The position numbers were made by a program, and so were the translations under genes. DNA of 63,957 bases, the filler included, from Octopus bimaculoides (taxonomy: Eukaryota), in assembly GCF_001194135.2 (NCBI RefSeq). It is 7 parts of 5 records of this genome, joined end to end, with 100 filler letters (N's around TTAATTAATTAA, not from the genome) between each part and the next. Parts side by side here need not be neighbours in the genome. Positions count along the whole stretch, not along the records: positions 1 to 12,275 come from NC_068993.1; 6 more parts are not named here. One strand, written 5' to 3'. The notes under the pieces are model-generated. The model searched no databases. It was not told the origin of the DNA and worked only from the letters and a program-made list of their open reading frames with translations. Positions 1-12,375 of this stretch are shown here, one piece after another (position 1 is the first letter of the stretch; every line of letters begins with the position of its first letter).

Positions 1-11
1 ATATATCTTTT

Positions 12-185
12 ATCTTTTACTTGCTTCAATCATTAGACTGTGGTCGAACAAATCGATTCCAGGTCTTATGGTTTTGCTTTTTTTTCAAACCTGACACTTA
101 CTCTATCAATCTTTGTTGTCGAACCTCTAATTTACAAGGACGTAAACAACCTAACACTGGTTGTCAAGCGGTAGTAGGGAACAAA
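12..185 (-). mobile_element. SINE family A, 3' part (degenerate)
   Basis: Matches other copies in the window (11995-12200, 35310-35465, 37420-37585): 'cagtcattagactg...gtcgaacc.ctaa.ttac..ggacgtaaac...ggttgtcaagcg'. Confidence 0.6.
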
Positions 186-374
186 AATAAACACACACAC
201 ATCAACTATTTCTCTCTGTCTCTCTCTAACTCTTACTGTCTCTCTATCTTTCTCTCCAACTCTAACAATAGTAAGACACCTATGTCTATGTCTCTTATAT
301 TCTAACCTCTCACCTGGTAAAAAGCCACTTCTCTCGGTTCCACTCCTACTCCTGGATAAGAGGTCTTCGTCTCG

Positions 375-620
375 TAAGCTACTTGGAGACCCCACTGCTT
401 TTGGTGTCACATAAAGCGCATCAGTGTTGGGCCACATTAAAAGCACTCCGTATACTCTGTAAAGTAGTTGGCATTGGGAAGGGCACCCAGCCGTTAAAAA
501 CCTTGCCCAAACAGACAACTGGGGGTTTGGGGCAGCTTTCTGGTTTGCCGGATCCTGTCAAACCGTCCAACCCATGCCAGCATGGAAGACGGGCGTTAAA
601 TGATGATGATGATGATGATG
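375..620 (+). mobile_element. SINE family B with (TGA)n tail
   Basis: 'ttggcattgggaagggcacccagccg...ccgtccaacccatgccagcatggaagacgggcgttaaa(tga)6'; related copy at 59080-59345. Confidence 0.65.
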
Positions 621-720
621 AGTTTCCGTCTACCAATTCCACTCGCGGGACTGTGGTGAACCTGGGGCAGTACAAGTAAAAGAAAAGATATGGTAAAGAT
701 AGATAGACGGATAGATAACT

Positions 721-830
721 AGAGAGAGAGAAATGGAGGAGGAGAGAGAGAGAAATGGAGGAGGAGAGAGAGAGAAATGGAGGAGGAGAGAGAGAGAAAG
801 AGAGAGAGAGAAAGATATATATATATATAT
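721..830. repeat. 22-bp GA-rich minisatellite x3 followed by (AG)n/(AT)n
   Basis: Unit agagagagagaaatggaggagg repeated at 721, 743 and 765. Confidence 0.85.
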
Positions 831-1404
831 ATTTAATTCATCGACTCCGAATGGATGAAAGGCGAATTCAAGATTGAACTCAGAACATAAANNNNNNNNN
901 NNNNNNNNNNNNNNNNNNNNNNNNNNNNNNNNNNNNNNNNNNNNNNNNNNNNNNNNNNNNNNNNNNNNNNNNNNNNNNNNNNNNNNNNNNNNNNNNNNNN
1001 NNNNNNNNNNNNNNNNNNNNNNNNNNNNNNNNNNNNNNNNNNNNNNNNNNNNNNNNNNNNNNNNNNNNNNNNNNNNNNNNNNNNNNNNNNNNNNNNNNNN
1101 NNNNNNNNNNNNNNNNNNNNNNNNNNNNNNNNNNNNNNNNNNNNNNNNNNNNNNNNNNNNNNNNNNNNNNNNNNNNNNNNNNNNNNNNNNNNNNNNNNNN
1201 NNNNNNNNNNNNNNNNNNNNNNNNNNNNNNNNNNNNNNNNNNNNNNNNNNNNNNNNNNNNNNNNNNNNATATATATATATATATATATATAAGAGATTTC
1301 AAGGAAGTGTGAGAAACTGCGTTAAAAAAAAAAAAAATCTTATCAAAACCTACATTGATGAGTCATTAGTAGAATCTAGGTTATCTGGCGACCCCTATAG
1401 GAAG

Positions 1405-1438
<34 letters not shown>

Positions 1439-2221
1439 AATGTATGTATTTTACCAAAATAATAAAGAACATATAAACAACGTTTATATATGTGTGTATG
1501 TGTGAGTGAGTATGTGTGTGAGAGTGTGCGTGTGTATGTATGTATGTATGTATGTATATGCATGCATACAAAACACACATGTAGATATACATATATATAC
1601 ATACATCTATGTATATGTGTGTACGTGTATGCATGTATATATGCATTCATATATATATAAGTATACGTGTCTGCATGTGTATATGCATGTGTATCTGTAT
1701 ATATGTGTGTGCGTGTGTTTGTATTCGTATCTATCTCCCTCTTTATGTATGTATGTATGTATGCATGTATGTGTGTGTGTGTGTGTGTGTGTACAAAATA
1801 AAACACATCAACTACGTAGTAGATATCTTTGAACTGACAACTAACTTACCAAATATAGTTTTGTTAATCGAGATAATGATAGAAGAAAGTTTGCAGCTCA
1901 GAAGTGAATAGGGTGGTATAATCGGGTGACACTCTTCAGTTTCGGCGCAGAGGCCCTTCATGTTCATTACTCCGACAGCAATGCGCTCTAGTTGATGGGA
2001 TAATCCATCCAGGAGCGATGGACATCGATGCTTCGCCATTTTTGTTGCACGAAACGATCGTATTGCATTACGTCTGGATATCCTTGTTGCTTATTTTGAT
2101 TTTAATCACCTTACTTTGAAATTGTATGGATAATACGGTACTGAATTCTGGTGCCTAAACTTTAAGAACCATATATTCATCTGAATCTAAATTTTTGCTG
2201 AACTCATCTAGCATATGTTTA

Positions 2222-2224
2222 TGT

Positions 2225-2315
<91 letters not shown>

Positions 2316-2473
2316 GACAGAGAGACTGACAGACAGACACACAGACTGACAGACAGACACACAGACTGACAGACAGGCACAGATAGATACATAGATAGAT
2401 AGATACATACATACGTACATACATATATACGCACATGTAAATGTATATATATGCATATATATATGCATATATA

Positions 2474-2504
<31 letters not shown>

Positions 2505-2539
2505 GAAATATACATTTATCTATATATGTATATTTATAT

Positions 2540-2572
<33 letters not shown>

Positions 2573-2599
2573 TATATATATATATATATATGTATATGT
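2222..2599. repeat. Compound microsatellite (AGAT)n(AG)n(ACAG)n(AT)n
   Basis: Directly visible. It explains the SLSL/YIYI pseudo-ORFs. Similar (AT)n/(AC)n/(ATAC)n tracts border most gaps in the window. Confidence 0.95.
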
Positions 2600-3436
2600 N
2601 NNNNNNNNNNNNNNNNNNNNNNNNNNNNNNNNNNNNNNNNNNNNNNNNNNNNNNNNNNNNNNNNNNNNNNNNNNNNNNNNNNNNNNNNNNNNNNNNNNNN
2701 NNNNNNNNNNNNNNNNNNNNNNNNNNNNNNNNNNNNNNNNNNNNNNNNNNNNNNNNNNNNNNNNNNNNNNNNNNNNNNNNNNNNNNNNNNNNNNNNNNNN
2801 NNNNNNNNNNNNNNNNNNNNNNNNNNNNNNNNNNNNNNNNNNNNNNNNNNNNNNNNNNNNNNNNNNNNNNNNNNNNNNNNNNNNNNNNNNNNNNNNNNNN
2901 NNNNNNNNNNNNNNNNNTATATATATATATATATATATGAAATATACATTTATCTATATATGTATATTTATATTTATATATATATATATATATATATACA
3001 CACCATGCAGATGCTTTCTTGCACACTTCTGTTTATACATACATCATACATGCAGGTATATATACACACTTGTACATACTGTGAGAGATAGAGAGGAGTA
3101 GAGAGACCCTTAGATAGACTGAAATCATGTGAATCATACATAGAAACATATAACGTATGCGTCTGTAGGGTGGGGTGAATATGTGTGTGTGTCTGTATCT
3201 ATATGTATATGTATATATATAAATGTATATATATATGTAATTATCTGTCTATATATGTGTTTATATATGTATCTATACATACATATGCATATATATATGT
3301 ATGCATATCTATCTATCTATATATCTATCTATCTATCTCTATACGTGTGTGTGTGTAAACATTATGTATATTATATATACACGCATATATAAATATACAT
3401 ACAGAGCGAGAGAGATACATAGATACATAGAAAGAT

Positions 3437-3509
<73 letters not shown>

Positions 3510-3992
3510 GGGAGAGAAAGAGAGAGTGGGAAGAGTCAGAAAGAAAGGAAAGAAGGAGAGAAGGAGAAGAAGGTGGGAAGAGAAAGAGTGTGCTGGATAG
3601 AAAGAGAAAAAATCTATGTTAACGTTGTGTTCAACATCAATCAGAAAATTATGACACCTGATTGAACAGTTTGTTATGGAATTCTAGAGTTCAATAGAAC
3701 CTTTCTAATATTTTAATGAATCGCTTTCTGAAGAACAGAAGATTAATGACAAAGAGGATAAATTACAGCAAATAACAAGCCAGGAGATTAGCGTTTCTTG
3801 TAAGGGCATGCTTGGATATTTGGTATTGAAGTTCGCTTCTAACACAAATCCTTGTGTTATTCAAATATTCAAATAATGTAATTAAATTGTTGATTACTGA
3901 ACGTTTTACATATAATTTTTCCTTGCTTTAATTTCGTTTTGACTTTACTTCTGTTATTTATTTCCCGACACTAATAGTCATAAATTATGATG

Positions 3993-4175
3993 AGGCGGCG
4001 AGCGGGCAGAATCGTAGCACGCCGAACAAAATACTTAACAACACTTCGTCTGTTTTTACGTTCTGAGGTCGACTTAGTCTTTCATCTTTTCGATGTCGTT
4101 TAAAATAAACACCAGTCGCACACTGGAGTCGATGTAATCGACTAGCCCCCCTTCCCAAAACTTCAGGCCTGGTAC
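3993..4175 (+). mobile_element. SINE family C (tRNA-like head)
   Basis: 'ggcggcgagc.ggcagaatcgt.agcacg...gtcgatgtaatcgactagcccc'; A-box-like head, with the B box lost in this copy. Confidence 0.7.
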
Positions 4176-4197
4176 ATGCCAGGCAGAGGTATTGTTT

Positions 4198-4478
4198 TCA
4201 GTAGTGTTTGTTTGTTTGTTTGTTTGTCTGTGGACAAGATATCTCAAGAACCGCTGGATGGATTCCGATGAAACTTTCAGGAATGTTTGGCCTCGTGACA
4301 GGTACGAACTGGTTAGATTTTGGGATCGATCCGGTACCGGACAAGGATTCTGGATTATTTTTCCTGTTTTTTTTTATTTACTTAATTTTTTAGAGCAGTC
4401 GGGTTCATTTTTAGTATTCTCGTTTGTGAGAATAGTCAAATTTATTTCAGATATTCTGATTTTAAAAATCACCTCTGG
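4198..4478. mobile_element. Non-autonomous Helitron/Helentron-like (HINE/DINE-1-like) fragment
   Basis: (GTTT)n followed by 'gatatctcaagaaccgctggatggattccgatgaaacttt', the core style typical of HINE-type elements; truncated by a gap. Confidence 0.4.
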
Positions 4479-4959
4479 NNNNNNNNNNNNNNNNNNNNNN
4501 NNNNNNNNNNNNNNNNNNNNNNNNNNNNNNNNNNNNNNNNNNNNNNNNNNNNNNNNNNNNNNNNNNNNNNNNNNNNNNNNNNNNNNNNNNNNNNNNNNNN
4601 NNNNNNNNNNNNNNNNNNNNNNNNNNNNNNNNNNNNNNNNNNNNNNNNNNNNNNNNNNNNNNNNNNNNNNNNNNNNNNNNNNNNNNNNNNNNNNNNNNNN
4701 NNNNNNNNNNNNNNNNNNNNNNNNNNNNNNNNNNNNNNNNNNNNNNNNNNNNNNNNNNNNNNNNNNNNNNNNNNNNNNNNNNNNNNNNNNNNNNNNNNNN
4801 NNNNNNNNNNNNNNNNNNNNNNNNNNGACCAGTGTGAAAGGACCAATTCTGAACCCGAAACTACGTGGTTGCAAGACATGCTTCTTAACCACGCAGCCAT
4901 GTTTGCTCGTTTATTAACTTTCCCTAACCAATTCAGTGTTTAATATCAGAAACTATATT

Positions 4960-5165
4960 AAGGCTGCGAGCTGGCAGAAACGTTAGCACGAAATACTTAG
5001 CGGTATTTCGTCTGTCTTTACGTTCTGAGTTCAAATTCCGCCGAGGTCGACTTTGCCTCTCGGGGTCGATAAATTAAGTACCAGTTGCGTACTGGGGGTC
5101 GATCTAATCGACTGCCTCCCCTCCCCGAAAATTTCGGGCCTTGAGCCTAGAGTAGAAAAGATTAT
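4960..5165 (+). mobile_element. SINE family C
   Basis: A box TGGCAGAAACG, B box GTTCAAATTCC; body matches other family C copies. Confidence 0.75.
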
Positions 5166-5393
5166 CAGAAACTATATTGTTCACATTATTATGGCACAGA
5201 TAAGAACAATTACAATGATAATTATTACTATCGTTTTCAGATTTACCTCATCTTCAGTCAGAATTTTGACTTTAAATTAGATATCTTTACTATAATATAC
5301 ACTTCCTAATATTTTATGTTGCTAATAATCTCTGAAAACAAATCTATTTACGTAATTCAAATTACAATATTCTCTAAGTAGACTGCAATATTG

Positions 5394-5441
<48 letters not shown>

Positions 5442-5599
5442 ATCCTCTAACACAAATTCTTCTGTGTAATTCAAATATTCAAATAACGTTATTAATTTGT
5501 ACATTACCGAATGTTTTACATATAATTTTCCCTGCTTTAATTTCGTTTTGGCTTTATTTCTGCCATTTATTTCCCGACACTAATAGTCATAAATTATAA

Positions 5600-5797
5600 T
5601 AAGGCGGTGAGCTGGCAGAATCGTTAGCTCGCCGGATAAAATGCTTCGTGGCATTTCGTCCGCCTTTACGTTCGTGAGCTTAAATTCCACCGAGTTCGAC
5701 TTTATCTTTCATCCTTTCGAAGTCGATAAATTAGGTACCAGTCAAGTACTGGGGTCGATGTAATCGACTAGTCCCCTCCCTTCAAATTTCAGCCATC
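5600..5797 (+). mobile_element. SINE family C
   Basis: Same head and body as 3993-4175 and 4960-5165. Confidence 0.75.
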
Positions 5798-5840
5798 AAA
5801 ATAATGTGTGCGTTCATCCGTGTTTGTGTCTGTGTTTGAA

Positions 5841-5883
<43 letters not shown>

Positions 5884-5914
5884 TGCATACATACATACAT
5901 ACATACATATATAT

Positions 5915-5958
<44 letters not shown>

Positions 5959-6371
5959 TTTATATAAAGCCTATTACTCTACCTCTGGTANNNNNNNNNN
6001 NNNNNNNNNNNNNNNNNNNNNNNNNNNNNNNNNNNNNNNNNNNNNNNNNNNNNNNNNNNNNNNNNNNNNNNNNNNNNNNNNNNNNNNNNNNNNNNNNNNN
6101 NNNNNNNNNNNNNNNNNNNNNNNNNNNNNNNNNNNNNNNTGTATGTATGTATGTATGTATGTATGTATGTATGTATGTATGTATACGTGTGTATATAAAT
6201 GTGTATATGTTGATAACTCTGAGATGAAGTGTGTTCTATGGTTTTAGCCATGTGTCTATGTGGATATCTGCGATCATCAGTAAAAATATAAAGCAGAAGT
6301 AGGAAAGGGAATAGAAATGATAGATAAGGATTAGGTGGATCATATCGTCAGACAACATACACACGCACACA

Positions 6372-6416
<45 letters not shown>

Positions 6417-7151
6417 AATAGGTACACACACATACACACACACACACACATATATATAAACAAAAGGAAAGAGGAAAAAGTATGCGATTGTGCTACCCTT
6501 TTGAAGCGTTCGCTTTGGTTGTTGTCGTGGTGGTGGTGATGGTGGTACTGATAGCAGTCACTTCATACTACGTGCGCGTATGGGGGACGGGGGTAGAATG
6601 AATCTTGTGATACGAACCTTACTTCCTCATGAGGCCCGCGCAACGTCTACCGCATTGCACCCCACCACCGTTACGTATTCGCTATTCACGCATATATTGG
6701 GTGAAGCTAAGTAAGACGTGATATAGCAATAAATGATATGCATTGGCTATATATAGCAGCAATGTGCTACAGCATTGTGCAACATTGAGATGCATAACTA
6801 CTTGATGCACAGTAGCTAATTATCTAAATATAGCATCATTTTTGATCTTGCAGAGACGACAATAGACATATAAATGCATCACCGTGATGCATATTTGCAT
6901 GAGAAAGCGATGATCGTAAAGTAGAAATTTAATTTGCATCGCACAGAATCCGTAAAATAGGCTTTCACTCGGCATACGTCTGTGATTACAGGCAAGCGAG
7001 GTGACAGAACCCTCACTGCGTTGGTTACCATGTTACGTAATATTTGTTACGGATCTTGAAGTTCAAACTCTGTTGGGGCCAGCTATACCTATCTTCTTTT
7101 CGGCGTCAATAAAATCAAGTACTGGAGTCGATTATTATTATTATTATTATT

Positions 7152-7632
7152 GTTCAGTAGTTTTATTTTTATAACGTGCTTTCACTTCACTACCGAGCGC
7201 AGCTCTGTGCGCCTTGGGTATGTGCTGTGGTTTGCTGTGATGCTCTTATGGTTACTGTATTGAAAGTGTTTTGCGTAGGATGTGTGCAGTGCCCATTAGT
7301 GCAATTTTCTGTATGTTATATATATTTGTAAGTCCTGGTGTTTTTGTTATGTATTTGTCTGAATATTTTTTTATTATACCTAAGGCACCTACTATGATAG
7401 GAATTGTTTCTGTTTTTAGATTCCACATTCGAGTTACCTCTATTTCTAGGTCTTTGTATTTTGAAAGTTTTTCCATTTCTTTTAGGGAAACGTTGTCATC
7501 TGCTGGTATTGATACATCAATTAGAAAGCATTTTTTTCCTTCATGATCTTTGACAACTATATCTGGGTCTATTGGCCTTAATTTCTCTATCTGTGTGTAT
7601 TGGCATATCCCAGAGTATGGTTGCTTTCTCTA
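7152..7632 (-). mobile_element. 5'-truncated Dong/R4-clade LINE (restriction-like endonuclease end)
   Basis: Minus translation WDMPIHTDREIKANRPDIV...EKLSKYKDLEIEVTRMWNLKTETIPIIVGALG...GTAHILRKTL*; (TAA)n on both sides. Confidence 0.85.
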
Positions 7633-7849
7633 TAATTATTATTATTATTATTATTATTTTATATTTACTCAGGCGGCAAGCAGTAAGGACAGTTTGCATG
7701 TACATGATAACTTTTGCTTCTATATTTACCTGTTGATAGAAGGATCCATAGATTAGGGCCAACTGTGCGAAAACGCGTCGCGCGTATGTGTGTGTGTGCG
7801 CGCGCGCATGTGTGTGTATGAATATATGTAAGCATGTATGTATGTATGT

Positions 7850-8045
7850 ATGTTTTTATCTTTGTGTTTGTCCTCCCATCGCTTGTCAACCAGCGTTGAT
7901 TTGTTTACGTCCCTGTAACTTAACAGTTCGGCAAAAAGGAACCGATATCGTACCAATCTTTAAAGACATATATCCAAGGATCGATTTGTTCGACTAAACT
8001 GTAAAAGGCCGTGCCCCAGAATGGCCACAGTCCAATAACTGAAAC
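7850..8045 (+). mobile_element. SINE family A, 3' part
   Basis: Reverse complement of the 12-185 and 35310-35465 type sequence. Confidence 0.6.
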
Positions 8046-8452
8046 AAATAAAAGAATTATGTTTAATTTGGATTTAAACAAGAACCAGAGCATTTCGATA
8101 AGCTTTTGTTCGTTAAAATGAGATTAATTGTTTCTTGTTTTCCTTGTTTGGTAAAGGCTATTACACAAAAGATAATCTGTTTTATGAATTGTGTGTGTTT
8201 GTGTGTGTGGTGTGTGTATATGTGTGTGCATATGCGTATATACATATCTATATACTGGATGATTTTCTTATAAATCGAGTTTCATACTACCACCGTCGCT
8301 CACGCCTGACGATCGCTTTGGCGTGAAACTCGAGTTATGAGGGAGAAGTGTAGTTTAAAAAGCCCATAAACTTCATATCATGTATTGATTTCTGTCTTCC
8401 TCGTTCGTTGAGCAAAGATCATCTTTTGAATGCACTCTCCTATATATAAAGA

Positions 8453-8495
8453 GGTAAGTAGGTAGGTAGGTAGGTAGGTAGGTAGGTAGGTAGAG

Positions 8496-8553
<58 letters not shown>
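8453..8553. repeat. (AGGT)n(AGAT)n microsatellite
   Basis: Directly visible. Confidence 0.95.
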
Positions 8554-8555
<2 letters not shown>

Positions 8556-9694
8556 GTGTGTATGCATATTTGTGTGTGTGTATGTATATACATACGTCCT
8601 AACCCACGCAAGCATGGTAAAAACAAACGCAGAAACGAGTATTATATTATATCTATATTATGTATGTATGTATGTAAATGAAATCTTTCCCTTCAACCTG
8701 ACATTTTATATACATTTATATAGATATTTACTTATTTATACCTTCAAAATGAAACTTACTGTGTTTACCTGTAATATTTATGAATGAAGGCTTTCTCTTC
8801 AACTTGAAATGGATACTTATTTATTTACTTATTCGCTTATACCTTCAAAAAATCCAACTTAAAGTATACCTACATCACTCTTCATAACAATATTGTCTCG
8901 GAATCTCTCCGGTCTATTTTCGTTTCTAAATAACATTCTTTCTCTATGAGCAATTCTACCTTTTCAGAGAAAATATCACCTTAGGAGACTTAACACAATA
9001 CTTCCTCGAGTCCCTCTACTCGATATTTGCTTCGTTTTACTTCACGAATACTCATCGTCTGCCCTTCTCATTTTGCACAATCCTCTCGTCATATCTACAT
9101 CTGCTCCCCGCGTCCTTTTTGTTTTTTTTTTCTTTATTGTATTTATATATATTATATATATTTTCGTTATCTTCTGCTTCTTCCATTTCACTTCACCAAG
9201 TATTTCTCCTCCGCCTCCTCCGCCTTCTCCTCCTCCTTTTTTCCTTCTTCCCCTAACATAGTACCATATCCCCCCCCCCCATCACCATTTCTATTACAAA
9301 TAACAAAAACAACAGACAATTACAAAAATAAAGCAAAAATTACACAGCAGGGCTATAGAGTAACAGTGATACTAACAGACTACAGATTCCCGAGCCACGT
9401 AAAAGGAGCCTTTGTGCGCTCGTTTGATTTGCTAGAAAGAGAAACTAATTTCCTCAAAATCTATATATCCTAGCATATTAAAAGAAAAAAGAAACAATAT
9501 ATTGGATAATGTAATGAAAGACACTCCTAAATAGATGGAACGGTTATGCTTGGAACGCCCTTCTTTTCTAATCATTGGTTCACTCGAACAGTCCTTGACT
9601 AATATTACATTTTCTTCATCGCATAATTCCTTTTAATTAGCTTTTTAATGATTACTGCATAAAATATGTTAACGCTGAAGTAACTGCTTCCGAA

Positions 9695-9890
9695 GAGCTT
9701 GTGACCTTCTGGTTAAGATGTTGAACTGACAACCGTAAGGTTGTAGTTTCAATTCCCAGACGAGGAGGTGCGTTGTGCTTTGACTCAGCTGGAAAAATGC
9801 CATTAACTGTTGAGGGTTAACTCATAGAGCTAACATCCTGTTCAGAGGGGAATATTGTATTCTCATCACTCATACCGCCCAGGAACCAAG
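9695..9890 (+). mobile_element. Degenerate tRNA-headed SINE
   Basis: 'tggttaagatgttgaactgacaaccgtaaggttgtagtttcaattccc' resembles a tRNA-type A/B box head. Confidence 0.4.
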
Positions 9891-10037
9891 ATAACCTCTG
9901 TCCAAATGACCCTTTAGGCTTATTTTAGACCTAAGAATTTTTATGTTATAGTTGTTTGTTTTTGTTTTGTCTTGTTTTGTTTCTATGCAGATGACGTCCC
10001 TAAGTAATTCATTCTGCAAAACACACTGTGCTTGCTC

Positions 10038-10110
10038 AGCTGCTGCTGCTGTTGCTGCTGCTACTGCTGCTGCTGCTGTTGCTGTTGTTGTTGTTGTTGT
10101 TGTTGTTGTG
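10038..10110. repeat. (GCT)n/(GTT)n trinucleotide tract
   Basis: Directly visible; source of the polyC/polyA/polyT pseudo-ORFs. Confidence 0.9.
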
Positions 10111-10167
10111 TGTCCAGAAGGGAACAATCGTTAAGGATCGAGAATATTGATTTCAAATCTTGGCACA

Positions 10168-11097
10168 AGGCCAGCAGTTACGGGGGAGGGGTAAGTCGAT
10201 TACATCGACCCAGTGTTCAACTGGTACTTATTTTATTGACCTCGTGAGGATGAAAGTAAAGTGCACCTCGGCGGAATTTGAACTCAGAACGTTAAGACAG
10301 ACGAAACACCGCTAAGCATTTCGCCCGGCATGCTAACGTTTCTTATTTCTTTATTGCCCACAAGGGGCTAAATATAGAGGGGACAAACAAGGACAGACAA
10401 ACAGGTTAAGTCGATTACATCGACCCCAGTGCGTAACTGGTACTTATTTAATCGACCCCGGCATGCTAACGTTTCTGCCAGCTCGCCACCCTAAGGTATT
10501 CTTTTCTACTCTAGGCACAAGGCCCGAAATTTTTGGGGAAGGGGCCAGTCGATTAGATCGACCCCAGTACGCAACAGCTACTTAATTTATCGACCCCNNN
10601 NNNNNNNNNNNNNNNNNNNNNNNNNNNNNNNNNNNNNNNNNNNNNNNNNNNNNNNNNNNNNNNNNNNNNNNNNNNNNNNNNNNNNNNNNNNNNNNNNNNN
10701 NNNNNNNNNNNNNNNNNNNNNNNNNNNNNNNNNNNNNNNNNNNNNNNNNNNNNNNNNNNNNNNNNNNNNNNNNNNNNNNNNNNNNNNNNNNNNNNNNNNN
10801 NNNNNNNNNNNNNNNNNNNNNNNNNNCACCGCTAAGCATTTCGCCCGGCATGCTAACGTTTCTTATTTCTTTATTGCCCACAAGGGGCTAAATATAGAGG
10901 GGACAAACAAGGACAGACAAACAGGTTAAGTCGATTACATCGACCCCAGTGCGTAACTGGTACTTAATTTATTGACCCCGAAAGGATGAAAGGCAAAGTC
11001 GACCTCGGCGGAATTTGAACTCAGAAAGTAACGGCAGACGAAATACCGCTAAGCATTTCGCCCGGCGTGCTAACGTTTCTGCCAGCTCGCCGCCTTC
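10168..11097 (-). mobile_element. Cluster of 3-4 family C SINE pieces spanning a gap
   Basis: Repeated 'gtcgattacatcgacccc' and 'gaatttgaactcagaa'; heads at about 10490 and 11097. Confidence 0.75.
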
Positions 11098-11111
11098 AAG
11101 CTTGAGAATAT

Positions 11112-11205
11112 TGCAATGTCACAACACTTACAGCTAAAGAGCAGGAATTAGTGGATGAGATCAAACGCTACCGACTAGATATAATCGGTGTCTCGTCTAC
11201 AAGAT
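11112..11205 (+). mobile_element. LINE AP-endonuclease N-terminal fragment (RTE-like)
   Basis: Translates CNVTTLTAKEQELVDEIKRYRLDIIGVSSTR, the APE domain I-II pattern (NV..L...DI.G.S). Confidence 0.7.
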
Positions 11206-11790
11206 TTTGCCGCCCTTGTACCGTGTATCGTTTCAAAATAGAATTATGAAAATTACCATGGTTCCACAATACTTATAGAATTCATTTTGGCATCATTCTA
11301 CTCCGTTTTATTCCTTCTCATACTGAAACACGAGCCGAAACTTTTATGTATATGTTTATGACGTTATTTATTTATTTATTTACGAGGTTATTTATATATT
11401 TATTTCTTTTTTATATATATTTTTTTACATTTTATATTCTGTTCATTGCTTTTTTTTTTTTCATTCACACTTCACGCCCGTCCTCATTAATAACAGTAAA
11501 TAGTGATTAGTTGAGTAGTTAACGCTATTTCGTTTCTGACCCGTGACACTATTCTCTTTCACTCTCTTTACATCCCACTTTCTCTCTTTCCCTCCCATCT
11601 CTCCCCCCTCTCTCTCCTTCACTCACTTTCTATCTGTCCTTCTCTACCATTCTGTTTCTATTTATCCACCTCTAACTAATACTGCATCAGTCAACGTTCT
11701 CGTCTTAAATGCATTTTTAAGTAAAGTCTATATATCTTATGGGTCTTTTTCTTCTTCCTTTCCTTCTCCTTTCTTTGAGTCTGTCTCTTC

Positions 11791-11840
<50 letters not shown>

Positions 11841-11994
11841 CTGAATCTCCCTCTCATCTTTCATTCATAGAATTATAGAAAAACTCAGCTTTATAACGAA
11901 AAGTCACTGCGTTCTTGTGTTCATCTTGCGTTGTTCTGTATATCCTAGTATTTAATTATCTTGCTTTATGCTCTGAGCCCAAATCGTATCTTTC

Positions 11995-12200
11995 ATTTTT
12001 TTACTTGTTTCAGTCGTTGGACTGTGGCCATGCTGGGGCACCACATCGAGCTTCAGTCAAATCATGAACACCAGTATCTATTTTAAAGTCTGGTACATAT
12101 TCTATAGGTTCTTTTGCCGACCACTAAGTTACAGGGAGGGAAACAAACCATACCAATTGCCAAGCAACATACAAAAAATCATACCAGTTGTCAAGCAGTG
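11995..12200 (-). mobile_element. SINE family A, 3' part
   Basis: 'ttacttgtttcagtcgttggactgtggccatgctggggcacc...ccactaagttac'. Confidence 0.65.
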
Positions 12201-12226
12201 AGAGAGACAAACACACACGCACACAT

Positions 12227-12275
<49 letters not shown>

Positions 12276-12319
12276 NNNNNNNNNNNNNNNNNNNNNNNNN
12301 NNNNNNNNNNNNNNNNNNN

Positions 12320-12331
12320 TTAATTAATTAA
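12320..12331. other. Assembly linker TTAATTAATTAA inside a 100-bp gap (also 24807, 42381, 51982, 58776, 60771)
   Basis: Identical 12-mer with stops in all six frames, centred in N runs (44+12+44 counted for the first gap). Artefact. Confidence 0.95.
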
Positions 12332-12375
12332 NNNNNNNNNNNNNNNNNNNNNNNNNNNNNNNNNNNNNNNNNNNN

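Noticed and set aside
1925-1965. Hammerhead-like ACATGA-A-GGGC..GCC-GAAAC on the minus strand
   Set aside because: Core and stems I/III are too degenerate to call.
874-3392. Many long ORFs ([13 protein letters not shown]-runs), here and throughout the window
   Set aside because: Translations of microsatellites and N gaps; no coding signal.
8275-8333. Hairpin TCGAGTTTCA/TGAAACTCGA as a pre-miRNA
   Set aside because: Only a 10-bp stem with poor internal pairing.
8412-8458. Possible 41-nt exon ending in GTAAGT
   Set aside because: The donor is a one-base variant of the adjacent (AGGT)n tract; the acceptor is weak and the peptide unrecognisable.
9870-10247. PolyAla/polyThr/polyCys ORFs as a homeobox or polyQ transcription-factor exon
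   Set aside because: The polyQ frame has an internal TAG, no domain flanks it, and the ORF runs into a SINE.
10308-10975. Exact duplication of SINE sequence on both sides of a gap
   Set aside because: Identical copies flanking N are most likely contig overlap.
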